The notes below the pieces were generated by a model. That model was not told the DNA's origin. It ran no database searches and saw nothing but the letters and a program-made list of their open reading frames with translations. This document shows positions 38,740-47,719 of a stretch of DNA of 64,000 nt, in pieces. Each line of letters starts with the position of its first letter. Position 1 is the first letter of the stretch. The translations under genes and the position numbers were made by a program. Location: positions 31,147-95,146 of the forward strand of contig JBGSIS010000028.1 of assembly GCA_041742395.1 (NCBI GenBank), read 5' to 3'. The stretch is from Candidatus Saccharimonadales bacterium. GTDB lineage: Bacteria > Patescibacteriota > Saccharimonadia > Saccharimonadales > JACQNP01.

Positions 38740-38791
38740 CCTCACTGAATAACAAAAACCACCCAAAAGTCTAGCTATCTATGCCAAACTA

Positions 38792-38820
38792 TTGACCAGA
38801 GGCTAACAGATGTGTATAAT
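38792..38820 (+). promoter_or_regulatory. sigma70-type promoter of rpmE
   Basis: TTGACC (38792-38797), 17 nt, TATAAT (38815-38820). The ATG at 38833 is only 12 nt past the -10 box, which implies a leader of about 5-6 nt with no Shine-Dalgarno sequence. Confidence 0.6.
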
Positions 38821-38832
38821 GGCTATCTGACT

Positions 38833-39183
38833 ATGAAAAAAGATTTACACCCATCAAACTATCGACCGGTTGTTTTCCAAGACTTGAACAACAGTGAGAC
38901 ATTTATTACTAAGTCTACTGTTGCAACAGAAGATACAATCAAAATTGACGGTGTTGATTATCCGTTAGTTAAGGTTCATATCTCTAGCGCTTCTCACCCG
39001 TTCTTTACTGGACAGGAAAAACTCGTAGATATTGAAGGACGAGTTGACAAGTTCAAAGCAAGACAAGAAGCAGCCAAAGCTCGTGCAGATGCAATGAAGA
39101 AAAAAGCCGGTAAAACCAGAGAAAAACAACCAAAAGCTGACGAAGCTCAGAAAATTGGCACGTTAAAATCTGGCGCAAAATAG
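38833..39183 (+). CDS. rpmE: 50S ribosomal protein L31, type B (no CxxC zinc motif), with K/A-rich C-terminal extension
   Basis: [17 protein letters not shown]...[24 protein letters not shown]. No cysteines. The track start at 38812 is a GTG inside the -10 box, so I trimmed to ATG 38833. Confidence 0.9.
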   Translation: MKKDLHPSNYRPVVFQDLNNSETFITKSTVATEDTIKIDGVDYPLVKVHISSASHPFFTGQEKLVDIEGRVDKFKARQEAAKARADAMKKKAGKTREKQPKADEAQKIGTLKSGAK

Positions 39184-39195
39184 CGATTTAACGAA

Positions 39196-39234
39196 ATAAA
39201 CCACTAAACATTTAGTTTGGTGGTTTATTATTTG
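39196..39234 (+). terminator. rho-independent terminator of rpmE
   Basis: AUAAACCACUAAAC-AUUUA-GUUUGGUGGUUUAU forms a 14-bp stem with one G-U pair, followed by UAUUUGU. Confidence 0.6.
39217..39230 (+). repeat. 14-nt direct repeat TTGGTGGTTTATTA, copy 2 (3' arm of the rpmE terminator)
   Basis: Exact match to 38726-38739. Confidence 0.8.
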
Positions 39235-39252
39235 TATACTTAAGTAAAGATT

Positions 39253-40305
39253 ATGGAAAACAAGGAAAAACTACTTCGGGAAGAATACGAAGGTTTGCAG
39301 ACTAGACTTCAAGACCCCGATATTTATTCGTCAAAGGAATATCCGAAGTTAGCCAAAAGAGGTAGCGAACTAGAAAATATTATTTCCCTGTTCGATAATG
39401 TAAATAAACTAAATGCTAACCTTGTCGAAGCCGATGAATTAGCAAAAGGAAGTGATGAGCTTGCTGATTTAGCAAAATCTGAAATTGAAGAAATAAAAAG
39501 CAAATTAACCGAGTCACAAGAAAAGCTGACTGAACTACTCACACCACAAGACCCAAATAACGACCGAGATGTGATCGTTGAAATTCGTGCCGCTGCTGGT
39601 GGCGATGAATCAAGTTTATTTGCTGGTGAATTGTACCGAATGTACATTCGTTGGTGTGAAACCCATAATTACAAAGTTGAACTTTTTGATGAAAGCCCAA
39701 ACGAAGTTGGTGGATTTAAAGAAATTATTTTTGCGGTTCGAGGTGTTGAAGCTTACAAATATCTAAAATTCGAAGCCGGGGTGCACAGAGTACAGCGTGT
39801 TCCTGCCACTGAATCACAAGGTCGTGTTCACACAAGTACAGTTACAGTTTCTGTTCTTCCAGAGGCCGAAGAAACAGATATAGAGATTAACCAAAATGAA
39901 CTTAGAATTGATGTTTATCGATCTAGTGGACATGGCGGACAATCGGTTAACACTACAGACTCTGCCGTTCGCATTACCCACCTTCCAACTGGCTTAGTAG
40001 TTACCTGCCAAGACGAAAAGTCACAAATTAAAAATAAAGAAAAAGCTATGGGGGTTTTGCGTTCACGTTTACTTCAACAAAAAATTGAAGATGAGCAAAA
40101 ACAATCATCTGATGCTCGTAAAAAACTTATTGGCTCTGGAGATAGAAGCGAAAAAATCAGAACCTATAACTTCCCTCAAGACAGAATTACAGACCACAGA
40201 ATAGGTTATTCCCGTAGTAACATTCCCGCCGCTATGGACGGAAACATCGACGACATCATCGCTGAACTACACAATGCCGAACACGAACTACTGAGTGAAC
40301 TGTAA
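39253..40305 (+). CDS. prfA: peptide chain release factor 1
   Basis: 350 aa. PAT tripeptide (VPATESQGR) and GGQ (GHGGQSVNT). Confidence 0.96.
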   Translation: MENKEKLLREEYEGLQTRLQDPDIYSSKEYPKLAKRGSELENIISLFDNVNKLNANLVEADELAKGSDELADLAKSEIEEIKSKLTESQEKLTELLTPQDPNNDRDVIVEIRAAAGGDESSLFAGELYRMYIRWCETHNYKVELFDESPNEVGGFKEIIFAVRGVEAYKYLKFEAGVHRVQRVPATESQGRVHTSTVTVSVLPEAEETDIEINQNELRIDVYRSSGHGGQSVNTTDSAVRITHLPTGLVVTCQDEKSQIKNKEKAMGVLRSRLLQQKIEDEQKQSSDARKKLIGSGDRSEKIRTYNFPQDRITDHRIGYSRSNIPAAMDGNIDDIIAELHNAEHELLSEL

Positions 40306-40311
40306 GATATT

Positions 40312-40581
40312 TTAGTTTTTTTTGCTTTTATATTTACTTAAATCTATTTGTGCGGCCATAGAGTCCCCAATTATTCTATCTGGATTATCAAGTATAGCGT
40401 TCATTACGCGCGTGCCATTTTCATAATCTAGTGTATCTAAACTAGATAATAGCGGAACGGCTCCTTGCTCTACATGCTCAATAAGTGCATCTGCAATTTC
40501 GGCCTGAGGATCTTTAAGAGTTTGTGCACCGAACTGTCCGGGGCTTATTTCTGGCTCATATGATGATATTTGTTCTGACAT
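40312..40581 (-). CDS. small acidic hypothetical protein
   Basis: 89 aa from ATG 40581 (MSEQISSYEPEISPG...). The upstream part of the track ORF (to 40845) is Ser/Leu-rich antisense of prmC and was trimmed. Confidence 0.4.
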   Translation of the reverse strand: MSEQISSYEPEISPGQFGAQTLKDPQAEIADALIEHVEQGAVPLLSSLDTLDYENGTRVMNAILDNPDRIIGDSMAAQIDLSKYKSKKN

Positions 40582-40666
40582 TTTTGTTTTTATAATTTTA
40601 AACTGTAATGACATTATAGCACTAATGCTTATTTTTGTCAATTTACGAGATGATATACTTAGTTTA

Positions 40667-41485
40667 ATGAACATAGACAAATGGCTCAAGAACTCCGAAA
40701 AGATTCTATTAGAAAATGATTTAACGACTGCTAGATTGGACTGCCAAGTCTTACTTGGAGACGAACTAGATAAAAATAAATATTGGATATTAGCTAATCT
40801 TGACCACGAACTTACTGATGAAAATATTAATCGACTTAGTGACAAAATTTTACGACGTATTAATCATGAGCCCCTTGCATACATTCGCGGTAAGACTGAA
40901 TTTTATGGCCGAGAATTTATTGTTAATAAAAATACTCTAGAGCCCAGACCAGAAACCGAAGCAATTATTGATTTATTAAAAAGTTTACCCGACAACTATA
41001 AGACGATTGTTGATGTTGGAACTGGTTCTGGATCAATAGCGATCACTTCAAAAAAGCTATTGTCAGAAAAAGACGTAGTTGGAATTGATATAGATAATAA
41101 ATGTATCCAGGTGGCCCAAAAAAACGCCAAGCTTCATAACGTGAACATAAAATTTCATCAAGGCAATCTACTCGAAACTGTGTTTAATGAACTTCATGCT
41201 TATAGTCAATGGATTATACTTGCTAACCTCCCTTATGTTCCAGAAAAATATACTCTAAATGAAGCAGCAATGTTTGAGCCTAAGCACGCCATATTCGGAG
41301 GCGAAGATGGACTAGAGTTATATAGGGAGATGTTTAGCCAAATTGATGGCATCAAGAATAAACCTAACTATGTTTTAACAGAATCTTTGCCCTTCCAGCA
41401 TAAAGAATTAGAGAATATCGCTAAAAAATCGAGCTACAGTCTAATACAAACTGAAGATTTTATAGAAGTTTTTTGCTTAGCATAG
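40667..41485 (+). CDS. prmC: release-factor glutamine N5-methyltransferase PrmC/HemK
   Basis: SAM motif VDVGTGSGSIAI, and catalytic NLPYV (a variant of NPPY). Follows prfA. I prefer ATG 40667 (MNIDKWL..) over 40625. Confidence 0.85.
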   Translation: MNIDKWLKNSEKILLENDLTTARLDCQVLLGDELDKNKYWILANLDHELTDENINRLSDKILRRINHEPLAYIRGKTEFYGREFIVNKNTLEPRPETEAIIDLLKSLPDNYKTIVDVGTGSGSIAITSKKLLSEKDVVGIDIDNKCIQVAQKNAKLHNVNIKFHQGNLLETVFNELHAYSQWIILANLPYVPEKYTLNEAAMFEPKHAIFGGEDGLELYREMFSQIDGIKNKPNYVLTESLPFQHKELENIAKKSSYSLIQTEDFIEVFCLA

Positions 41486-41588
41486 TCTTTCGGACTAATT
41501 TATCTGGTTCTATACTTTCATTTTTTTCGGCAAAACATAATTTAATAATATAGCTTACTAAATTTAAGTTTAATAAGTACGAGTACTC

Positions 41589-42809
41589 CTACTGACTAGG
41601 GGCAGCTTCCAATTTAACCTTAACAGTCTTTTCTTGACCATCTCGCATTACAGTTAACTCTATTGTGTCACCAACCTTATTCTTTTGAACAAGTGATATC
41701 AAGCTATTGTTTTCGTTAATTTCCTGACCGTTTATCTTGATAATAATATCTTTTTCTTGTAGGTCAGATTTGTCAGCAGGACTATCTTTGATAATTGTTT
41801 CGCCGTCTCTTGATGGAGCTAAATATGCACCACGATTTCTATCTAAGTTATATTCATAGGCATAATCATCATTTAACTCTACGTATCTTACCCCTAAGTA
41901 TGGTCTCTCAAATTTACCCTTCTCTAGAACTGTTGATATCAATCCTTGAACGTCATTGATAGGTATTGCGAAACCGATGTTTTCAGCACCATCGCCGGCT
42001 ACAGCAGTATTTATTGCTATTACTTCACCGTTCATATTTACTAACGGACCACCAGAGTTGCCCTGGTTAATGGCTGCATCAGTTTGGAAAAGGTTCTGTA
42101 ACGTCTCGGGAGAATTACCAGAACCATCAGAAGCCTCTATTTGCCTACCATATCCCGATAGTATTCCTGATGTTACAGTATTCTGGAATTGACCTAAAGC
42201 GTTACCTATAGCTATGACTTTGTCTCCAACTCGCATCTTGGATGAATCGCCAATTTTTACCGGCTTCAATTCTTTACCTTTTGCGTCCTCAATTTTAAGA
42301 AAGGCAACGTCCAAAGAATCATTCTCCGATGTACGACCAATCACCTTTACTTTATCGAGTTCAGTACCGTCAGATAACACTACACTTACTTCATCTATAC
42401 CTTGAGGCACTACATGTCTGTTTGTTACTACTATTCCCTCTTTGCTAATTATAAATCCAGTTCCAGCTCCCTGGGATTGTCTTTCTTGAGTTCGACCAAA
42501 ATAGTCTTGAACCGACTGGGTTTGCTTAACATTAACAGAGACGACTCCTTCGCCAACAGTTTTTGCGAGCTCACTAATAAGTTCGCTCTCGTTCACTACT
42601 GTTGTTCTTGCAGCCTCTGTATTAGCAGTACCGTTAGAGGATCCGTTTTTAACAGCTGAAGCGCCAATTAGTCCACCAAATATTCCAACTAATAAAACAC
42701 CAATCGTAGCAATAAAGTACTTGGCTGTTTGATTTAATTTACGTCTGTTAGGTTTGTTTAGTTTGGTCTTTGGTGAACCTTGAGTTTTTTGTGGAGTTGT
42801 TTCTGGCAC
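41589..42809 (-). CDS. htrA: HtrA/DegP-family serine protease with one PDZ domain, membrane anchored
   Basis: 406 aa. Catalytic triad context TNRHVV, DVAFLKI, GNSGGPL. C-terminal PDZ. GTG start after AAGGGG. Confidence 0.9.
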   Translation of the reverse strand: MPETTPQKTQGSPKTKLNKPNRRKLNQTAKYFIATIGVLLVGIFGGLIGASAVKNGSSNGTANTEAARTTVVNESELISELAKTVGEGVVSVNVKQTQSVQDYFGRTQERQSQGAGTGFIISKEGIVVTNRHVVPQGIDEVSVVLSDGTELDKVKVIGRTSENDSLDVAFLKIEDAKGKELKPVKIGDSSKMRVGDKVIAIGNALGQFQNTVTSGILSGYGRQIEASDGSGNSPETLQNLFQTDAAINQGNSGGPLVNMNGEVIAINTAVAGDGAENIGFAIPINDVQGLISTVLEKGKFERPYLGVRYVELNDDYAYEYNLDRNRGAYLAPSRDGETIIKDSPADKSDLQEKDIIIKINGQEINENNSLISLVQKNKVGDTIELTVMRDGQEKTVKVKLEAAPSQ

Positions 42810-42871
42810 TTATTTCCCCTTAATATTAGTTTATTTTGTATAAATTTTATAAATATTTTCTGAGAATTTGC

Positions 42872-43621
42872 TTAGATTGTCTGGCCACCCCACTCTGATA
42901 AAAGCAAAACTAGAAGAACAATTAAAACCATCATTACCACAAATTGTTTTCTCATGTAATCTGAAAGCTTTTCCTGATAATCAAGATAATAAAGAGAAGC
43001 TAAGCTAAAGCCAATGACTGTTAATAGTACTGTCACTTGCGAAACAAAGCCATAGAACAATAACCAATGTGATAATACCCAAGTCATTGAAGCCGCAAAA
43101 TAGCCCCAAAGATGAGATAAGTAAGATGAATACTTTTCATCAAATGCACTAAAGAAATGTCTTGCCGACAAATAACAAATCGCCCATGCACCAATTGTTA
43201 ACACTGTAGATGAAGACTCTCCAAAACCAATAAACAAAGCCATTAATCCAAATAACTGAGCAACAGCAGACTGCATTGAAATCTTGAGTAACGAAGTACC
43301 CGGCTTTATATTTACTAGCCAAACACCATATATTGCTGCCCAGATAAATTGCCATAACTGAGTATCGGTATTAACCATGAATATCAAAATAGAAAGACCT
43401 ACAATTAGGTCAACTGAGTTTGCTCTGATGTTTGCCGGCCAATATCTAGGACGTACTGCAAACATTCTCCATTTACTTAGCAATATTACCATTACTGCAA
43501 AAGGCGCTAATTCAATTCTTACTAATATAAAGACCAGCGTTGGCAGAATTAATAGCAAAAATATATGAAAAAAGTGAGAAAACCCACTTTTTGGTTTAAT
43601 TTTCGAGACGACTGACTTCAT
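42872..43621 (-). CDS. hypothetical polytopic membrane protein
   Basis: 249 aa with about 7-8 hydrophobic segments. Overlaps the 3' end of the LCP gene by 26 nt. No motif recognised. Confidence 0.5.
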   Translation of the reverse strand: MKSVVSKIKPKSGFSHFFHIFLLLILPTLVFILVRIELAPFAVMVILLSKWRMFAVRPRYWPANIRANSVDLIVGLSILIFMVNTDTQLWQFIWAAIYGVWLVNIKPGTSLLKISMQSAVAQLFGLMALFIGFGESSSTVLTIGAWAICYLSARHFFSAFDEKYSSYLSHLWGYFAASMTWVLSHWLLFYGFVSQVTVLLTVIGFSLASLYYLDYQEKLSDYMRKQFVVMMVLIVLLVLLLSEWGGQTI

Positions 43622-45254
43622 TTTGTCCTATGATTATAACAAAGTCAGCAGTTTGTGACTGTATAGTAGAATCTGGCAAGTTTGGAACTGTTGTTGTCTT
43701 AAACCTTTGTTCTAGATATCGTTTGGTGTATTTGTTCTCACCGTTGCGAAGATCAACAATAACTGTTTCATTATATCCTTTTGTAGGAGCGTCAGTAGCA
43801 GGCAGTAAGTTATAACCGTAAGATTCAAGCTCTTCAACAGTTCTACCTGCAAGACCTGGAACACTAGTACCATTTAGAATTAATATTTCTGCGTTTTCGT
43901 CAGCTAAATAACCATCAACTAACTTGTTACGAATAAATTTACGAATTTCGCTGTAATCGTAAGTTCCTGCTTTAGGCACTACTACTGACAAACCACCTAG
44001 ATTTGCTGTCTGAACGAAGGCGTTAGGTGGATCTGCTAGTCCAATGGATTCAATTTTATCACTTGGGATATCTTTGCCTATTTCATAAAGTCGCATCATC
44101 TCATCAACAGTCATATTGATCGTCACATGATCACCAAAATCACCAATTAACTGGTTTATCTTTAATGGATTAGACAATGTTCCTGCTGATAGAACTTTGT
44201 CTTTTAGGGCAACAAGTAATAATCGCTGCCTTTCTGATCTAGAGAAATCACCCCTTGTACTTGTATAACGTGATCTGGAGTAAGCTAAGGCTCTAAATCC
44301 ATCAAAATCTTGATATCCTGGCTGTACATTTAGAGTATAGTTCCGACCGTCTAGCCACATATTTTCATAAACTTCTTCAGGTGCGTTCAAACTAACTCCA
44401 CCAACTGTATCAATGGCTTTCTTAAATCCTTCAAAGTCAACCATGGCGCGGTAATGTATCGGTATTCCAAGAACGTCAGAGACTTCTCCTTGAATTGCAT
44501 CAAGACCAGCTTTGTTGGCCTTTTCATCACGATTTTGATCGTTATAGTTTGAATTATTAAGCTCATAGCTCTTTGCATTCGCATAAACAGCATTAATTTT
44601 CGAAGATCCTCCATCTGTTTTGACGTACAAATCTCTAGGAATACTAACTATTGCAGCTGTTTTCTTGATTGGGTCAATACTAGCTACTAATAATGTATCT
44701 GTTAGGTCAGGGGCCGTATGACCTTCTCCACCCCTACCCAGAAGTAAAATATTTACACGACCGTCACCCTCCCCATTAAGCTTGGATGGATCAACATTTT
44801 CACCCAACGCAATTGCGCCTCCACCACCTTGAAAAACTTGCATTGCCTTGGCGAAAACTCTACCAAAGGTAAATCCACCGAAAAGTATAACTGCAACCAT
44901 AAATAAAACAGAAGCTTTCTTAAGTTTGCCTCCGCTATGATTCTTATTTGAGTATCTACCTTTACGACTTGATTTCTTGGGCGAATCGTCATCTAAATGC
45001 AATTCAATAGAGCCGTCAGATTTTCTATGAGGCTGTCTAGCCACAGGCTTAAAACTACTGTTCATCTCTGTATTCTTCACTGGCTTAAATCCATCAGATG
45101 ATCCAAAATTACCAATTCTACCAATCGGTTCTTTATTAGTCTTACCTTTAAAACTATCACTCCCTAGAGTTCTGTTTCTATTGGAATTATTGTTAACAAA
45201 ACCATCTACAGCACCTGGTTTATGATTAGCTTTTTTTCTTCTTATATTATCCAT
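43596..45254 (-). CDS. LytR-CpsA-Psr (LCP) family cell-wall glycopolymer transferase
   Basis: Cytoplasmic basic N-terminus, one TM helix, LCP core (RVNILLLGRGGEG...DTLLVASIDP...VSIPRDLYV), C-terminal LytR_C-like domain. I prefer ATG 45254 (MDNIRRKK). Confidence 0.85.
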   Translation of the reverse strand: MDNIRRKKANHKPGAVDGFVNNNSNRNRTLGSDSFKGKTNKEPIGRIGNFGSSDGFKPVKNTEMNSSFKPVARQPHRKSDGSIELHLDDDSPKKSSRKGRYSNKNHSGGKLKKASVLFMVAVILFGGFTFGRVFAKAMQVFQGGGGAIALGENVDPSKLNGEGDGRVNILLLGRGGEGHTAPDLTDTLLVASIDPIKKTAAIVSIPRDLYVKTDGGSSKINAVYANAKSYELNNSNYNDQNRDEKANKAGLDAIQGEVSDVLGIPIHYRAMVDFEGFKKAIDTVGGVSLNAPEEVYENMWLDGRNYTLNVQPGYQDFDGFRALAYSRSRYTSTRGDFSRSERQRLLLVALKDKVLSAGTLSNPLKINQLIGDFGDHVTINMTVDEMMRLYEIGKDIPSDKIESIGLADPPNAFVQTANLGGLSVVVPKAGTYDYSEIRKFIRNKLVDGYLADENAEILILNGTSVPGLAGRTVEELESYGYNLLPATDAPTKGYNETVIVDLRNGENKYTKRYLEQRFKTTTVPNLPDSTIQSQTADFVIIIGQNEVSRLEN

Positions 45255-45268
45255 AATTAATAAGCACA

Positions 45269-45298
45269 ATTATAATGCTTTTAATGACCTTTCGTAAA
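45269..45298 (-). promoter_or_regulatory. sigma70-type promoter of the LCP gene
   Basis: Minus strand reads TTTACG (45298-45293), 18 nt, TATAAT (45274-45269). The ATG is 14 nt downstream with no Shine-Dalgarno sequence. Confidence 0.45.
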
Positions 45299-45380
45299 CT
45301 TAATAATGGTAGTTTGTTACATTTTGGGGTATAGTCAGTATTTGTAATGCAACAATTAAAAACTATAACATAAATACGAA

Positions 45381-46043
45381 ATGAATGAACCATTTAATTA
45401 TAACGAGATGCCGGTTCCAGAGGAGCCAGAACCGATAGTTGGGGGTAAATCTAGCAAAAACCAAGAAGGTTGGCGGAGCATCGCCTCAACTATATTTATT
45501 ATTATTGCTACACCCATACTTGCACTTCTACTTATAAACTTTGTATTTCAGTCTTACGAAGTTGATGGGCCAAGTATGGAAACAACTCTTCAAAATGCTG
45601 ATAGGCTTATTGTTTGGAAGGCTCCAAAGACAATTGCTAATATAACCGGCAAAGATTATGTTCCTAATAGATGTGACATAATTATTTTCCACACTGGCGG
45701 TGGACTAGAGGCAGGTGGCGACAGACAATTAATTAAAAGAACTATTGGCGTTCCCGGAGATAGAGTAGTCGTTAAGGATGGAAAAGTAACTGTATTTAAC
45801 GACGAAAATCCCAATGGTTTTAGTCCAGATAGCTTCTGTAATAATAAGTCTGAATTTTCTAAGTTTACCGAGTCGAATGGCCAGTTTAGTGATTACACTG
45901 TAAACGAGGGTGAAGTATTCGCCATGGGCGATAATCGAGGAAACTCCCTAGATTCACGAGTCTTCGGCCCAGTTCCTTCCGATAAGATTGTTGGCAAACT
46001 TGAGTTTAGAATCTATCCCTTTAATAAGTTTCAACATTTCTAA
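45381..46043 (+). CDS. lepB: signal peptidase I
   Basis: 220 aa. Catalytic Ser (DGPSMETTL), Lys box (KRTIGVPGD), GDNRGNSLDSR. Confidence 0.9.
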   Translation: MNEPFNYNEMPVPEEPEPIVGGKSSKNQEGWRSIASTIFIIIATPILALLLINFVFQSYEVDGPSMETTLQNADRLIVWKAPKTIANITGKDYVPNRCDIIIFHTGGGLEAGGDRQLIKRTIGVPGDRVVVKDGKVTVFNDENPNGFSPDSFCNNKSEFSKFTESNGQFSDYTVNEGEVFAMGDNRGNSLDSRVFGPVPSDKIVGKLEFRIYPFNKFQHF

Positions 46044-46044
46044 G

Positions 46045-46911
46045 TTAGCTACTCAGATTCTTTAGTAGCTTTTCCAACTGTTCGTCGTTTTTAAATATTA
46101 TTTCTATTCTTCCGCCACGAGCAGTTCTTTTAATATTTACGTTTGTGTTTAATTTTTTACTCAATTGTTCTGATTCTGGTGTAGTTGCCGACATTTTTTT
46201 AGCTATTTGCTTAGATGTCTTTGCTCCTTGTTTGCTACTAACAACAAATTGTTCAGCTTGCCTTACTGACCAACCATTTACGATAATGTTTCTAAGTAAC
46301 TGTTTTTGTTTGTCGTAGTCTCCCTTAAGAGACAAAATAGTCCTGGCATGACCTTCACTAATCTTGCCTTCCTGTAATGCCTTTTTAGCATCTTCCGGTA
46401 ACTGTAATAAACGTACAATGTTATTTACTGTAGTTGTTGCCTTGCTTAATCTGTGGGCGACATCACTATAAGTTAAGTTAAAATCTTGGTGAAGTTTTTC
46501 AATTGCCACTGCTGTTTCAAGCGGACTTAAATCTACTCTTTGAACATTCTCAATAAGGGCGATCTCTAACTTTTCCTGCTCTTTTGAATCTCGAATTACT
46601 ACAGGGACTTCATTAAGGCCGGCAATCTGAGAGGCTCGCCAACGCCTTTCTCCGGCAATCAAGGAGTATTTACCGTCTTTTTTGGGGGTGACTATCAGTG
46701 GCTGAATTACTCCATATTCTTTAATTGATTCGGCCAACTCTCTTAGATTACTATCCTCAAAATGCTTTCTTGGTTGATCTTCCAAAGGTGTTATATCGCT
46801 AATGAACAAAAATTGTGTTCGTTTATTATCAGATAACAGACTCTTGTCGAAGTTGTCTGAAATAAGAGCATCTATACCCCTACCTAGTCCGCCTAGTCCT
46901 TTAGCCGACAC
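46045..46911 (-). CDS. parB: chromosome partitioning protein ParB
   Basis: 288 aa. ParB box (LIAGERRWRA) and HTH region. Confidence 0.93.
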   Translation of the reverse strand: MSAKGLGGLGRGIDALISDNFDKSLLSDNKRTQFLFISDITPLEDQPRKHFEDSNLRELAESIKEYGVIQPLIVTPKKDGKYSLIAGERRWRASQIAGLNEVPVVIRDSKEQEKLEIALIENVQRVDLSPLETAVAIEKLHQDFNLTYSDVAHRLSKATTTVNNIVRLLQLPEDAKKALQEGKISEGHARTILSLKGDYDKQKQLLRNIIVNGWSVRQAEQFVVSSKQGAKTSKQIAKKMSATTPESEQLSKKLNTNVNIKRTARGGRIEIIFKNDEQLEKLLKNLSS

Positions 46912-47653
46912 GTTTAATTACCTCCTTACTGAGTTGCTTGTATGCCTTGGCGCCTTTTGACCATTTGTCATGATCCATTATCGCCTTTCCATAACTTGGC
47001 GCTTCGGCAAGCCGAACATTTCTAGGAACAATTGATTTGAACACCTTATCTCCAAAATAATTATTTAATTCAACTGCAACCTGCTGTGCTAAAGTATTGC
47101 GATTATCATACATAGTCACTAAAACTCCAAGTAGCTGCAGGTTTGGATTTGGCCCCTGCTTCACTCTCTGCATAACATCAAGTAATTGACTTATACCCTC
47201 AAGTGCGTAATATTCGGCCTGAACAGGAATTAGCAGATAGTCAGAAGCCGTTAGAGCGTTGACAGTAAGCAGTCCTAATGAAGGAGGACAATCTATTAAC
47301 ACATAATCATAATCAATGTTTTTTAGAACTTTTTGGAGTGAAAATTCCCTGTTTTCTACTTCAGCTAGCTCCAGCTCGGTAGCTGCTAAGTCTGTATTTG
47401 CTGGCAATATTCTAAGGTTACTAACTTCTGTATCAATTATAGTCCCGGAGATATCCCCTCCATCTATTAGAACATCATAAATTGAGCTTTCTAAACTATT
47501 CTTATCTATTCCCAGGCCACTAGTAGCGTTTCCCTGAGGATCAAAATCAACAATCAGTACAGACTTACCAGCTTTTGCCAGATATGCGCCCAGATTTATA
47601 ACAGTGGTGGTTTTACCTACGCCACCTTTTTGGTTTAGAACAGATATTATCAC
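46901..47653 (-). CDS. parA: chromosome partitioning ATPase ParA/Soj
   Basis: 250 aa. Deviant Walker A NQKGGVGKTT. GTG start after GGGGGA. Confidence 0.95.
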   Translation of the reverse strand: MIISVLNQKGGVGKTTTVINLGAYLAKAGKSVLIVDFDPQGNATSGLGIDKNSLESSIYDVLIDGGDISGTIIDTEVSNLRILPANTDLAATELELAEVENREFSLQKVLKNIDYDYVLIDCPPSLGLLTVNALTASDYLLIPVQAEYYALEGISQLLDVMQRVKQGPNPNLQLLGVLVTMYDNRNTLAQQVAVELNNYFGDKVFKSIVPRNVRLAEAPSYGKAIMDHDKWSKGAKAYKQLSKEVIKRVG

Positions 47654-47719
47654 TGTTTTTGTTCCCCCTAGTATATATAAAGATTACACTCTAACAGGTT
47701 AAATAACAAGATTAGTCTA

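Noticed and set aside
38678-38832. N-terminal extensions of the AAA+ ORF (to 38755) and of rpmE (GTG 38812)
   Set aside because: The extensions run through the divergent promoter elements. The rpmE GTG lies inside its own -10 box. They encode implausible N-termini ([33 protein letters not shown]).
40582-40845. 5' two-thirds of track ORF 40312..40845 (177 aa)
   Set aside because: This part is Ser/Leu-rich, low-information, and antisense to the prmC start region. Only the distal 89 codons from ATG 40581 look protein-like, so the call was trimmed.
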